A DNA stretch of 64,000 nucleotides from a virus (taxonomy: Duplodnaviria; Caudoviricetes): IMG/VR virus record IMGVR_UViG_3300034071_001431, positions 50,035 to 114,034 of that record. One strand, 5' to 3'. The notes under the pieces were generated by a model that was given only the letters and a program-made list of their open reading frames with translations, had not been told where the DNA came from and made no database searches. Below, piece after piece: positions 35,439 to 46,376 of the stretch (its first letter is position 1; every line of letters starts with the position of its first letter). Both the position numbers and the translations under genes were made by a program.

Positions 35439-38400
35439 TTAAAGTCCTGCTGCGATTCCGCCTGTACCTTTTAATCTTACTGGAATGTAAATAAATTCAA
35501 TTGCTTTAACTGGCTCAATTGCAATATCAATGTACAATTCGTTACGATCAATACGATCTGGTGTGTTGTTTGAAGTATCACAAACTACCAAGTAATCGTA
35601 GATACCACGTTTAGCAACAATATCATTCAATACCGCTTCAAATGCACCTTTAACTTGATTACGTGTAATTGTGTCATTTGGTTCAAATATGAACGGACGA
35701 GCAACTTTATCAAGTACTAATCGTAAGTAACATACTAGGCGTGAAACATTAACTCGGTCCATTGCACTAGTCATCGAAGCACGAGTTTTTTGGCCATATG
35801 CAACTAAACCAACTCCTGGCAATACTGTTAATGGGTTAACACGATTTGTATATAATACATCACGTAAACCTACAGTAACACCAATGCTCTTAAATGTACT
35901 ACCATCAGCTAAATCAACATAACCAATTGAACTTACATTGTCAAGTACACCGCGACGTACACCAGCTGGTGCAAACCATGGATAACTTTGATTGTCACTA
36001 CGTATATATGTACGTAACATTGCATGTGAAGCTGGAACAACTACGCTATTACCATCTAAGTTTGTAGCATAACCACTTGGGTAGTAAACACCCAAATATT
36101 CACTTGTACTTACAAGACCATCTGTACCATTATCAATTGCAAAATTAGCATTACTTGCCCATGTTGTAATTGCAGTTGAACTTGAATTTAATGTTAGTGG
36201 ACTATCACCGATAATAAATGCAGTTGATTTGCGATCGTTGTTTAAAGTAATCATGTTTTGAATTAATTCTGGATAACCAGGACAAACGATTAAGTTAAAC
36301 TCAACTTGTTCTTCACGTAAGTTTACGCTAGTTTCAATTGCAGATTTAAGTGCCTCAACTACAGTATTACGTTGTGCTTTGTGTCCAAAGTATGGTACAC
36401 CAGTTCCAGAATTAATTCCGCTATGGCTTATCCATGCTGCAGGAGTAAAATTTTGGCCGATGCCGTTTATGTCAGTTAAGTAATTTGATTCAAATCGTTT
36501 TACATTGTATCCACTACGACGTGTGTTAAACAATAATGTCCCACGTGCATATAGTCTGTAATCCGGTGCATCTGAGTCTAAGAAACTAACAAGTGCCATA
36601 TCTGCAATACTCGGTAATGAGTCAACTATTGGATCAACTGCGGCATTTGCCCATCGTGCATCGGCAAATACTACACCATCAGTACTAACTTGATCTGTAT
36701 TATCTAATAATTCCCATGTAGCACCTGTGTAACGACGAATCAATGGATAATTTTCTAAATCACTTGTATCAATCCACAAATCACCTGCTACTACCGCAGT
36801 TGTTCCATTGCTTTGTGTAGTTGGTTGACTAGCAGATAATATTGGTCCATTAACATCAGTTGCTACTAAATTGTAACCACGTGCATCATTGCTAACAGTT
36901 CTATAACCTTTCCAGTTAGTACCATCATTGATCATAATATCTACATCAAGTGGATTATTATAATACCACAATGTGCCATCAGCTGGATTGCTATAAGGTG
37001 CAGTATCTGAGAAAGTAAATACTAACGGAGCCCACGGACTAGCTAACCATTTAGTTGACGAAACATAGTATACATTTGTTGGGCAAGTTGCCTGGCTTGA
37101 GCCAACTAGACCTAATGTAGTTAACGGACTGCCAGTTAATGCTGTAAATTCAATTACACCACCAGCTAAATGACTAATGCTAACGGCGCCACTGGATTCA
37201 ACAGTAGCTACAATGTTTGGTATATTTTTAGATAAAATGTCTGCTACAAATGATGATGCTGTTGTACCTGACAATTCAACTGTAACAGGAGTTTTAGCAT
37301 CAGAGCCCGGAATAGATACCGCTAGGCTAAATGTATTATGTGCAGTTAATGCAGGAGGATTTGATATACCTGTTATTTTTACTAAACCAGCAACTTGTTT
37401 TTCGTATGCTGTAAATGTAGCTGTATTATTTCCTGCTGTGTCATATTTAACGTACAATGTTCCTGCAGCAATGCCTGCACCACCACCTGTTGAATCTAAA
37501 CCATAGATTGCAGTAAAATCATTATTATATAATGGTGCAGCTACTTGACTAAAGCCGACAGCTGTAGAACTGTAGCGTTTAAATGCCCATGATGCGCCAT
37601 TGCCTGTTGCTGTTGTTTTAATCCATACACTACCACTTGGGCGTGTATTCGGTGCATCACTTACTCTCCATGCTGGAACATTACGATAATCACTAAATTG
37701 TACTGTTGGAGCTAATAGAGTACGTGTTATTTCTACTCCTGCCCATAATCCCAGGATTGCAGCAAGATCAGGAGATCCTGCATCAATTTTAAGTTTACCG
37801 TCTACTGTAGAACCATTACTTTTTGCTAATCCGTTAACACGTAATTCAATGTGTCCAGCAACATTAACTGTTGCTACTACACCAGGAATTGCGGCAGAAT
37901 TAATTTGAGTTGCAACATCATCAATAAGAAGACCCGAACCGCCTAGTGTTACTGTTATCGAATTGATAGTTAATTGTTGTCCAGCTGATACAGACGGATT
38001 CGCTTCGCTACCAACAATTGCAGGATGAGCAAGCATCCATTCATCACTACCAACCAATGTCCAAACATTGTCATAACGTTTGAAATATACAGGACTCGAC
38101 GGATTAGCTGAGTTAACTGCATATTGCCCGATAGCACCAAACGAACTAATTGGTGCACCAGAATTTACGCCGCCTACCAAGTATGCTGTGCTAGTAATCG
38201 ATGCTGTACTTTGTCTAGTAAAACTAGCACCGTTAACAAACTCGTGTAATCCTAAGTTAGTATATGTTTGATCAAGCCAGTAAATACCATCTGATGGTGT
38301 TCCTGTTGGGCGAATGCTTGTACCTATAAGTTGATTCAAATCAACATCGGCACGTTGTACATAAACTCTATTAGCTACGCCTAATGCGCTGTACGCTGCA

Positions 38401-38684
38401 AGTAAACCGTATTCATTTAATTCATGTGCATGGATTGGATTGCCTTGTGCATCTTGTTGGAATACTGGATAACCAAATGTGCTAATTAATTCACGTTGGC
38501 TAGTAATAGTAAGTAATTTATCAGCATTTGCAGCTGTTGTTCCAAGTGCAGTAGTACTGCTCGGAGTTAATTTATCTTGTGCTGTTGCAAGAAGAATGTA
38601 AGGTATAGTTCCAGCGGCAGTCGGAGTGTATTGACTTTCGTCTATTACGCTAACTGATACGCCTGGTGATAGTAATGCGGCCAT
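35439..38684 (-). CDS. Tail sheath protein (gp18-like)
   Basis: SPGVSVSVIDES; PWFAPAG.RRG; FEPND; CD.SNNTP; start trimmed to MAALL. Confidence 0.95.
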   Translation of the reverse strand: MAALLSPGVSVSVIDESQYTPTAAGTIPYILLATAQDKLTPSSTTALGTTAANADKLLTITSQRELISTFGYPVFQQDAQGNPIHAHELNEYGLLAAYSALGVANRVYVQRADVDLNQLIGTSIRPTGTPSDGIYWLDQTYTNLGLHEFVNGASFTRQSTASITSTAYLVGGVNSGAPISSFGAIGQYAVNSANPSSPVYFKRYDNVWTLVGSDEWMLAHPAIVGSEANPSVSAGQQLTINSITVTLGGSGLLIDDVATQINSAAIPGVVATVNVAGHIELRVNGLAKSNGSTVDGKLKIDAGSPDLAAILGLWAGVEITRTLLAPTVQFSDYRNVPAWRVSDAPNTRPSGSVWIKTTATGNGASWAFKRYSSTAVGFSQVAAPLYNNDFTAIYGLDSTGGGAGIAAGTLYVKYDTAGNNTATFTAYEKQVAGLVKITGISNPPALTAHNTFSLAVSIPGSDAKTPVTVELSGTTASSFVADILSKNIPNIVATVESSGAVSISHLAGGVIEFTALTGSPLTTLGLVGSSQATCPTNVYYVSSTKWLASPWAPLVFTFSDTAPYSNPADGTLWYYNNPLDVDIMINDGTNWKGYRTVSNDARGYNLVATDVNGPILSASQPTTQSNGTTAVVAGDLWIDTSDLENYPLIRRYTGATWELLDNTDQVSTDGVVFADARWANAAVDPIVDSLPSIADMALVSFLDSDAPDYRLYARGTLLFNTRRSGYNVKRFESNYLTDINGIGQNFTPAAWISHSGINSGTGVPYFGHKAQRNTVVEALKSAIETSVNLREEQVEFNLIVCPGYPELIQNMITLNNDRKSTAFIIGDSPLTLNSSSTAITTWASNANFAIDNGTDGLVSTSEYLGVYYPSGYATNLDGNSVVVPASHAMLRTYIRSDNQSYPWFAPAGVRRGVLDNVSSIGYVDLADGSTFKSIGVTVGLRDVLYTNRVNPLTVLPGVGLVAYGQKTRASMTSAMDRVNVSRLVCYLRLVLDKVARPFIFEPNDTITRNQVKGAFEAVLNDIVAKRGIYDYLVVCDTSNNTPDRIDRNELYIDIAIEPVKAIEFIYIPVRLKGTGGIAAGL

Positions 38685-38799
38685 AGTATAGTATCCTTTT
38701 ATTATATAATACTTTAAAATATTTATCAGTATTTTCAAAATATAGTCTGTTAAGGAGCCTTTGGCAAAGGTTTTAGTGCTGCGGTATGCTAAATACAGT

Positions 38800-39150
38800 A
38801 TGGAACACCGTCCTCTATGTCAAAGTTGTACTAGAAATCTATCTGCTGTCAATTATAAGCGAGATGGAGTCACTCATTACCGGACTCGTTGTAGTGGGTG
38901 TATCAGAAAAAATAGAAAATTAACTCCACAAAAACCAACTTGGGTACTTGCTGGATATAAGAAAAAGCCACACTGTGAGAAATGTGGCTTTAAGGCAAAG
39001 TATAAAGAACAACTTAGTGTATACTATGTCGATGGTAACTTAAAAAATAATGCATTACTTAATTTACGAACAGTATGCGCTAATTGTCAAATTGCTATTG
39101 TTAAAGAAGGGCTAGGCTGGACTCAAGGCGATCTCGTTCCGGATTTCTGA
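38800..39150 (+). CDS. Zn-finger/HNH-like protein
   Basis: CxxC pairs and degenerate HNH VDGNLKNN..NL.TVCANC; CTAAATA just before the ATG. Confidence 0.65.
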   Translation: MEHRPLCQSCTRNLSAVNYKRDGVTHYRTRCSGCIRKNRKLTPQKPTWVLAGYKKKPHCEKCGFKAKYKEQLSVYYVDGNLKNNALLNLRTVCANCQIAIVKEGLGWTQGDLVPDF

Positions 39151-39777
39151 TATAATTAACGCTTCGGTGTTAGCATATAAGTCATCTATAGTACCATCAT
39201 TGGTAACAGTAACATCAAACTTAGTACCAATCCACGCATACTCACTTGGATGTATGCCTAGCTTTTCTAACTCGCCTTTACCTAATGCCCAGCCAATACG
39301 TTTCATACCAGCATTAACATCTTTAGCAGAATTGTACCATACAGGTTCAGTGCCACGTTTAACACGTACTGTTTTGCCGCCCATATTCTTAATCATTTTG
39401 AGTTCATTTGGAAAGCGGCAATCTGAGATTACAATGTCTTCATTTGTTTTACGTAATTTGTTTTCGAGACTTGCTATCCATATATCAGTGTGAAATCCAT
39501 GTCGACATACTTCTGTGCCCCAGTTTTGCAATACCCAACGTGGAGTTAGTTTTGGCATCTTTAAGCGTTTAGCCCACCATGGGTCTACTTTTTCGCGCCA
39601 AGCTCTGCCTTCTGCGCTTCGCCCTTCTAGTAATTCTCTATCCCACCCAAAGACTGTAGCAACTGCATCTTTAAGTGTGCCAGCAAAGCTCTCTCGCTTA
39701 AAGCCGTGTTCTGCTACTAAGTAATCTGCGATTGTGTCTTTACCTGAACCGATGAAGCCTGTCACTGATATAATCAT
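39112..39777 (-). CDS. Deoxynucleoside monophosphate kinase (T4 gp1-like)
   Basis: GFIGSGKDT, TPR..LQ..GTE, SDCRFPNE, HPSE. Confidence 0.92.
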   Translation of the reverse strand: MIISVTGFIGSGKDTIADYLVAEHGFKRESFAGTLKDAVATVFGWDRELLEGRSAEGRAWREKVDPWWAKRLKMPKLTPRWVLQNWGTEVCRHGFHTDIWIASLENKLRKTNEDIVISDCRFPNELKMIKNMGGKTVRVKRGTEPVWYNSAKDVNAGMKRIGWALGKGELEKLGIHPSEYAWIGTKFDVTVTNDGTIDDLYANTEALIISEIRNEIALSPA

Positions 39778-39800
39778 ACTATTCCTTTCGTATATAGTAT

Positions 39801-39829
39801 ATTATACTTTTATTTCAGACAGGTGTCAA
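39801..39829 (-). promoter_or_regulatory. sigma70 promoter TTGACA-17-TATAAT
   Basis: Perfect consensus. Confidence 0.85.
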
Positions 39830-39837
39830 TTATTGAT

Positions 39838-40722
39838 TTAGCCGGTCACCCACGTAAGCGGAGACCCGCCGTCGGCATAAGTTGATATTTCAGCATCAAG
39901 TTTATCTAGCAATGCCTGTCCTTCTGCTTTAAGTGCTGCACCATTTAAACTGCCACCGCCTTGTGGACCAGCAATAGTAGCAAATTTCTCACGTGCTTGA
40001 CCTATACTCATCATCACCAATGCATAAGCATAGTCTTGTATCCACGGATATACCTGCGGATCGTTTAACAACATATTATCAGGTTTAACATTGTATACCC
40101 ATAACGCAACACTTTCTACCGCAGTAGAGTTTGGTCCTTGCCAAGGTTGTTTGCGCAATACTGTTAATTTTTTAGTTGCTTTGTTGAACGTAAAGTTCAT
40201 GTAGCCACCAAACATAGTCATTGCTAGCTCTTGGTATTGTGTAAACAATTCGTAGTTAGCAAGTCCACCTACTCGTCCTGCCACTAACATATAAGTGTTT
40301 AAATATCCACTTGCAAATGGTTCAAATTGGCTGGCTGTTGTGCCTGTTACACTACCGATACCACGACGAAATATTTTTCTAACATCCATAATCTCACGTG
40401 GTAATATGTATTCTTGTGTTTCTGGTTGTAAATCTAAGAACGCATAGCTTTCTTCTACTGCGTTTGAACTGCGTTGACGATAACGTACAAATGCTTGTTT
40501 AATGCCCATGTCGTAATGTTCTTTGTCTGCTTCGACATCAACAATCTGATCACCCAAACGTAAACGAATATAATCAACAATGTCATTACGTTGCTGTGCT
40601 TCTGGTAGCAATAGTGATGCATCAAATGCAATATGCCCAGCACCTGTACCAGTAACTGGATTATATAAACTGTCTGTAGTTAGACTAAGGTTGGGTGTTA
40701 ACCCTGTAGTTGCTGTTGCCAT
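39838..40722 (-). CDS. Neck protein (gp13-like)
   Basis: YIRLRLG..IVDVE; WIQDYA.A..G..R.KF..GG.LNG. Confidence 0.85.
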   Translation of the reverse strand: MATATTGLTPNLSLTTDSLYNPVTGTGAGHIAFDASLLLPEAQQRNDIVDYIRLRLGDQIVDVEADKEHYDMGIKQAFVRYRQRSSNAVEESYAFLDLQPETQEYILPREIMDVRKIFRRGIGSVTGTTASQFEPFASGYLNTYMLVAGRVGGLANYELFTQYQELAMTMFGGYMNFTFNKATKKLTVLRKQPWQGPNSTAVESVALWVYNVKPDNMLLNDPQVYPWIQDYAYALVMMSIGQAREKFATIAGPQGGGSLNGAALKAEGQALLDKLDAEISTYADGGSPLTWVTG

Positions 40723-40786
40723 ATGAAATCGTCCTGTTTCGTATATTTAGCACTTACAGGACGACTTTGGTTTGATAATTGTAAAT

Positions 40787-41965
40787 TTAAGCAACCTTTA
40801 ATAATACCTGATTAGCGTTTATTCTACCATTTGCTTTAATTTCAACTGCTTTGATATCTTTAATAAATGTGCGCAACGCTACTTTATTCGCAGATAAAAA
40901 TTCTTTGAGCTGTATATCTGGTTTTCTTAATGTTTTGCCTGTTGATTTACTTTCATCATACCCGATGATTGATGTTCCTTTAACTCCTAATGCGCCGCCT
41001 TGATCTTCGGCAATATATACATATAATTTGCGTGTTTTTGTATCATATACCCAGAGAGTTTGAGCCCCGACTATGTCAACTGGATTAACAGATACTAAGC
41101 GTAAAGTCTTTTCTTCTTTAAGATATTTTAGTTTAGCAACTAACTTCTCTTTAGCAGGTGGCTTACGTACTGTTACTTTCTTAGTTGCTTTCTTAACTTG
41201 ACCGTAGCTAGTTAAGTCTGCAATTAGTTTTGTGTAAAATGCATCAAAGCGTTTATAGTCTGCCGCTTTGTAATGCGCATAGCCTTCATTCAGTTGCTCA
41301 TCTTTACCAGCACGTGCTTCGTTCATTTCGTCTTGATGTTTTTCAAATACTGCCGCAATTCTACTTAACATACCTTGTGGGACGTTTTTACCTGTTAAGT
41401 AATCGTATGCTTTTGGGTCTACTGTTTTGCCTTCAATAAGTGCATCTTCAAGTTCTTCAAAGTGCAAGATGTGTGTTTTAAGTATTTCGTTAAGTCGATC
41501 TTGAATTGTTACTTTAACTACAACTGGTGCTGTTGGGTCAACAACTTCTACTTCATCAACTAAGTTATCAACTACTTTCTTAATCGAACTAACTAGATAT
41601 GCAACGTGTTTTTCATGCAGTGGCATGCCCTGTTTATGTGCTTTAGCTAATGCGCAAGGTGTAAGTGGTAGTAAGCTATCAGATGCTTTAGCAAATTTAT
41701 CAATGGTAGCTTTATCAAATTTATGTGCTACATCAGCTTGCTGACGTGCCCATTCAACTAAGTACTTCTTAAGTTCTTTGGTTGTGTAGAAATAATTGTA
41801 ATAACGTAAACTAATACGCATGTGATGGTCAAATTCTTCATCTGTAAACTCTAACGCACGTACCGGATCCCATACTGGCTCCGAACCAACACTCTTCTCA
41901 TCTGCGAAGATTGGGTCACGTGTTACTTTAGCTTTTTTCTTCATACCATCAATTTTAATAGCCAT
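40787..41965 (-). CDS. Conserved phage hypothetical protein
   Basis: 392-aa ORF with its own sigma70 promoter and RBS. Confidence 0.75.
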   Translation of the reverse strand: MAIKIDGMKKKAKVTRDPIFADEKSVGSEPVWDPVRALEFTDEEFDHHMRISLRYYNYFYTTKELKKYLVEWARQQADVAHKFDKATIDKFAKASDSLLPLTPCALAKAHKQGMPLHEKHVAYLVSSIKKVVDNLVDEVEVVDPTAPVVVKVTIQDRLNEILKTHILHFEELEDALIEGKTVDPKAYDYLTGKNVPQGMLSRIAAVFEKHQDEMNEARAGKDEQLNEGYAHYKAADYKRFDAFYTKLIADLTSYGQVKKATKKVTVRKPPAKEKLVAKLKYLKEEKTLRLVSVNPVDIVGAQTLWVYDTKTRKLYVYIAEDQGGALGVKGTSIIGYDESKSTGKTLRKPDIQLKEFLSANKVALRTFIKDIKAVEIKANGRINANQVLLKVA

Positions 41966-41997
41966 TTGTTCTTCCTTGTTAACAGTTTATATATAGC

Positions 41998-42026
41998 ATT
42001 ATACAGCCATTTTCTTCATTTGTCAA
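41998..42026 (-). promoter_or_regulatory. sigma70 promoter TTGACA-17-TATAAT
   Basis: Perfect consensus. Confidence 0.85.
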
Positions 42027-42028
42027 GC

Positions 42029-42295
42029 TCAACCTGCCAATAATACTGCAAAAGTTAAGTTGCGTTCATAATCGGCAATATATTCATTTATCTTATCTAA
42101 AAGTTCTTTATGTTTTCTTGTTTGCTTTTGTTGCCGTCTGCACTCTATCTCTTCAATACTTAGTGCTTTAATCATGCCGCCTATATTATCACTCATTTGG
42201 CGTAGCTCGCCGCCAAACTTCTTAATTTTGTGTACAGGTGCTTCCAACGCAGTCTGCATAGCGGGCCAATCCAAACTTGTTTGTAATTCACTCAT
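42029..42295 (-). CDS. Hypothetical protein (probably leaderless)
   Basis: ATG about 6 nt after the -10 of TTGACA-17-TATACT (42302-42330). Confidence 0.65.
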   Translation of the reverse strand: MSELQTSLDWPAMQTALEAPVHKIKKFGGELRQMSDNIGGMIKALSIEEIECRRQQKQTRKHKELLDKINEYIADYERNLTFAVLLAG

Positions 42296-42364
42296 AAGGC
42301 TAGTATAACATCTATTTGTTGCTATGTCAATCTAAGCTAAATATTAGATATACAGGACTACGCA

Positions 42365-42976
42365 ATGCCAAGTGAGTTTTTAATTAACAAATATAGCAAA
42401 TGGTATTTTAATATCATAGAATCTGCACGTGTGCAAGAAACAGCAGAGTATACAGAAAAACATCATATTATTCCTAAATCACTTGGCGGTAGTAATACAA
42501 AAGATAATTTAGTTAAACTTACAGCACGGCAACATTTTATTTGTCATTGGTTACTTACTAAAATGGTAATTACTACTAAACACCAATATCAAATGTGGAA
42601 TGCATTTAGCTGTATGCTGTATCGCGCACGACCAGGGCAACAACGACATAAAATATCCAGTCATATTTTTGCAATTATTAAATCCGAAGGTTCAAAAATT
42701 AAAAGTTTAACTTTTTCAGGTGAAAATAATCCTATGTACGGAATGAAAGGAATATTAAATCCAAATTTTGGAAAAAAACAATCACCAGAACATATAGAAA
42801 AATTACGCCAATCTAGAATAGGTAAAATACGTACCGATGATGCTAAGAGAAAACAAGGTGACACAACTCGCGGTCGTAAACAATCACCAGAACATATAGC
42901 CAACAGGGTTGCTAAACAAATAGCAACGGTAAAAGCAAATAAATTAGCTAAACTATTAGCCACCGGAGTAATATAA
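42365..42976 (+). CDS. HNH homing endonuclease with NUMOD3 repeats
   Basis: EKHHIIPKSLGGSN..NLV.LTAR.HF..H; two KQSPEHI repeats; late motif CTAAATA upstream. Confidence 0.9.
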   Translation: MPSEFLINKYSKWYFNIIESARVQETAEYTEKHHIIPKSLGGSNTKDNLVKLTARQHFICHWLLTKMVITTKHQYQMWNAFSCMLYRARPGQQRHKISSHIFAIIKSEGSKIKSLTFSGENNPMYGMKGILNPNFGKKQSPEHIEKLRQSRIGKIRTDDAKRKQGDTTRGRKQSPEHIANRVAKQIATVKANKLAKLLATGVI

Positions 42977-44517
42977 TGCCTCGTCTTTCGATGTACCGCC
43001 CTAATAAGGGTAATGATTATAAATTCTTCGACCGTCGAATCAGTGAGATGTTTACTGTTGGCGGCGTTGATATTAATATTCATAAGTATCTCGGTCCTCT
43101 TGAGCAAGGTACAAGTATCACTACATCCGCGGCGCAAACTGCACCAGGAACAGAATTAGTATTTGCAAACACATCAGCAATAACAAGAGGTATGTTTGTT
43201 GCTGGTACTAATATTCCAGCTAATACTACTGTTATTGCAAAAACAAGCACAACCGTTACGCTATCGGCAAGCACTACTGCTATTGTTGGGTCAGGGGCCA
43301 CTGTTTCTGTCTATACTGATGCAACACAGCCGAGTTATGCTAACGAAAGTGTGAAAAATATACAAGACCTATTATTCCTAGAGAATAGAGATCGTAAGTA
43401 TGATACTAGTGTTTATACTTTACGCAGTGTGTATCGTATGAATGACAACGATTTTGATTTAAGTCAGTTTGGGTTGTTCTTAACTGGTGATACTATGTTT
43501 ATGGTTTTTCACTTAAACGACATGGTCGAGAACTTAGGTCGTAAGATTATGGTAGGCGATGTAATGGAACTACCACACTTAAAAGACTTTTATCCGTTAG
43601 ACGATGATTTACCCAGTGCGCTAAAACGTTATTACGTTGTGCAAGATGCTACACGTGCGGCAGAAGGATTTAGTCAGACTTGGTATCCACACCTGTGGCG
43701 AGTTAAAGTTGCTCCATTGGTAGATAGTCAAGAATATAAAGACATTACACAAAATATCAGTAGTGGTGATGCTAACAATACGCCAATCGGTGATTTGTTA
43801 AGTACTTACAACAAATACACCGCAGTTAACGATGCTATTATTGCACGTGCTGAAGCCGAAGTTCCGATGAGTGGATACGATACTAGTACCATTTATACAT
43901 TACCTGTAGATACAAACAATTTACCAAATGTAGCAGTTACTTCTACTGCTAAGGTCGAAGGATACTTAACAAGCACAGGATTGCCGCCAAATGGATTACC
44001 AGTTAGTGCAGGTATTGCATTTCCTGCGGCGCCGACAGTCGGTGATTACTATTTACGTTTAGACTATGTTCCAAATAGATTGTTCCGCTACGATGCTAAA
44101 CGTTGGATTAAAATTGAGGATGCAGTGCGTACAAACTTAACTCCTGGAATAGATAATACCACTCAACGTAGTGGGTTTGTTAATAATATAAACGCTACAT
44201 ATAGTGGTAGTTTAGGCTGGGACGCAATACGTGTTGCTACTCCTTATACTCCGGCTGCTAATGTAACTACAATATCATTTAATATGTCAACTAAGACAGT
44301 TGTAACGAAAATTGCGTATGTTAGCACACATGGCGTAAAAACTACACTAAATGGCACACATATTACCAATACAGTAGCAAATACTGCCGGAAATGTGTCA
44401 TTTACGCTCACAAATACACTATCTAGTAACGACATGTTAGAATACACGGTTTACAGTAAAGTAACACCGGAACGTCAGGGTTTATCTGACATACTTTCAC
44501 CTTTGGCGGATAATTAA
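42976..44517 (+). CDS. Neck protein (gp14-like)
   Basis: LSQFGLFL, GDV.ELP, W...K..SQEY; adjacent to gp13/gp15-like genes. Confidence 0.7.
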   Translation: MPRLSMYRPNKGNDYKFFDRRISEMFTVGGVDINIHKYLGPLEQGTSITTSAAQTAPGTELVFANTSAITRGMFVAGTNIPANTTVIAKTSTTVTLSASTTAIVGSGATVSVYTDATQPSYANESVKNIQDLLFLENRDRKYDTSVYTLRSVYRMNDNDFDLSQFGLFLTGDTMFMVFHLNDMVENLGRKIMVGDVMELPHLKDFYPLDDDLPSALKRYYVVQDATRAAEGFSQTWYPHLWRVKVAPLVDSQEYKDITQNISSGDANNTPIGDLLSTYNKYTAVNDAIIARAEAEVPMSGYDTSTIYTLPVDTNNLPNVAVTSTAKVEGYLTSTGLPPNGLPVSAGIAFPAAPTVGDYYLRLDYVPNRLFRYDAKRWIKIEDAVRTNLTPGIDNTTQRSGFVNNINATYSGSLGWDAIRVATPYTPAANVTTISFNMSTKTVVTKIAYVSTHGVKTTLNGTHITNTVANTAGNVSFTLTNTLSSNDMLEYTVYSKVTPERQGLSDILSPLADN

Positions 44518-45917
44518 TGAGCAGTCAATTCTTTTACGATGCACAAATCGAACGTTTTGTAATACAATTCATTAGAATAATGAGTGGGTACGAAGTTGAG
44601 TTCGGGCAAGATCGCACAGGCAACAAAACTCTACAACGTGTGCCAATTTACTATGCAGATAGTAGTAAACAGGTTGCAGCTATTTTAGCAAATAATAGTG
44701 AGAACACTATGCAAACTGTTCCAGCAATGGCTACATACATTAGTGGGCTAACATACGATAGAGATCGTATGCAAAATCCAACGTATGTTAATAAATTGAA
44801 TATACGTCAACGTAAATATGATGCCGATACAGATACTTACGAGCAAACACAAGGTAATGCATTTACAGTTGAGCGCATAATGCCTGTTCCTTATACATTA
44901 GAATTGAAGTTAGATATATGGACTAGCAACACAAAACAAAAATTACAATTAGTTGAACAGATATTACCATTGTTTAACCCAGGATTAGAAATACAAAGTA
45001 CCGATAATTATATTGACTGGACAAGTTTAAGTGTCGTTTATTTAGATAGTCCAAACTGGTCTAGCCGATCAATACCAGTTGGTACAGAAAACCCAATTGA
45101 TGTTGCTACGTTAACATTTAAAATGCCAATTTGGATTAGTCCGCCGGCTAAAGTTAAGAAGCTCGGGGTTATCCAAAAAATTATTGCAAGCATACATGAT
45201 GCGCAAGGTGATTTGAATTCTGCCGCTTATACTGAAGCCAATTTAATGGGCACACGTATGTATTATACTCCTATGGATTATGGTGTATTACTAATTGGCA
45301 ATACTCTTACATTGCTTAAAATACAAGATATAGAAACATTAAGAGAGCCTACATTAACTACACCAACTAAAATTGGTACCCGTGATAATTGGCACAATTT
45401 AGTTAATGTGTACGGTGCGTTAGTTGATGGCATTAGTCAGATTAGATTAATGTCGAACGACGAAGTTACTGAGATTGTTGGTACAGTTAGCTACCACCCA
45501 ACTGATGATAGTATGTTAATATTCAATGCAGATATTGATACATATCCTGCAAATACATTAGATCCAATTGATGCTATTATTGACCCACGTAAGAATACTG
45601 CTGTAGCATTAGCACAAGGTGCAGTTAACGGTACACGTTATCTTATATTAAATGCAATCGGTAGCAGTGCAAATAGTGCGCTAGATGGCCCGGGTGCGTG
45701 GCGCGGTTCAGATAATGCAGATTTAATAGCAGGTGCAAACGATATTATCGAATTTAATGGCACACATTGGACTATAGTGTTTGACAGTTCAGCAGCAACT
45801 GTGTTACAATATGTAAGTAATCTCAATACTGGAACGCAATACAAATGGAATCTCAATCAGTGGGTGAAAAGCTTCGAGGGCGAGTACAAAAACGGTCTGT
45901 GGACTCTAGTGCTATAG
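44517..45917 (+). CDS. Tail sheath stabilizer/terminator (gp15-like)
   Basis: FFYD..., VPI.Y, YD.DR, PVPY.L..L.I, EQILPLFNP. Confidence 0.85.
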   Translation: MSSQFFYDAQIERFVIQFIRIMSGYEVEFGQDRTGNKTLQRVPIYYADSSKQVAAILANNSENTMQTVPAMATYISGLTYDRDRMQNPTYVNKLNIRQRKYDADTDTYEQTQGNAFTVERIMPVPYTLELKLDIWTSNTKQKLQLVEQILPLFNPGLEIQSTDNYIDWTSLSVVYLDSPNWSSRSIPVGTENPIDVATLTFKMPIWISPPAKVKKLGVIQKIIASIHDAQGDLNSAAYTEANLMGTRMYYTPMDYGVLLIGNTLTLLKIQDIETLREPTLTTPTKIGTRDNWHNLVNVYGALVDGISQIRLMSNDEVTEIVGTVSYHPTDDSMLIFNADIDTYPANTLDPIDAIIDPRKNTAVALAQGAVNGTRYLILNAIGSSANSALDGPGAWRGSDNADLIAGANDIIEFNGTHWTIVFDSSAATVLQYVSNLNTGTQYKWNLNQWVKSFEGEYKNGLWTLVL

Positions 45918-46327
45918 AAGGGGTTGGCACGTTCATTTATTGTGTAACTACACATCGATATCTTTTTCTATTACGTAATTCAAGCAAGTATGCAGGCACT
46001 TGGGGACTAGCAGGTGGTAAGATTGATGCGGGTGAACAGTTACTTGAAACATTACATCGTGAGCTTACAGAAGAGCTTGGCGTAGATTTTTCAACTGCTA
46101 AAGTAATACCCATTGAAAAATTTACTAGCGATAAAAACAATTTCTCATATCATACATTTTTATTACCAGTTAAAGAAGAATTTGTTCCTGACTTAAATCA
46201 CGAGCATAGAGGATATTGTTGGGTCGAATTAGGCGACTATCCTAAACCATTACATCCTGGAGTTTGGCGCACTATTAATTTTAAAGAAGTTGTTGCAAAA
46301 ATTAAAACATTAGAATCAATCCTATAG
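45899..46327 (+). CDS. NUDIX hydrolase
   Basis: GGKIDAGE....LHRELTEELG Nudix box; start uncertain (GTG 45899 or ATG 45845). Confidence 0.88.
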   Translation: MDSSAIEGVGTFIYCVTTHRYLFLLRNSSKYAGTWGLAGGKIDAGEQLLETLHRELTEELGVDFSTAKVIPIEKFTSDKNNFSYHTFLLPVKEEFVPDLNHEHRGYCWVELGDYPKPLHPGVWRTINFKEVVAKIKTLESIL

Positions 46328-46332
46328 CCAAT

Positions 46333-46358
46333 AAAAAAGCACCTTACGGTGCTTTTTT
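46333..46358. terminator. Bidirectional intrinsic terminator
   Basis: AAAAAAGCACC-ttac-GGTGCTTTTTT between convergent genes. Confidence 0.88.
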
Positions 46359-46376
46359 AATATTACCTAGTGCTTA

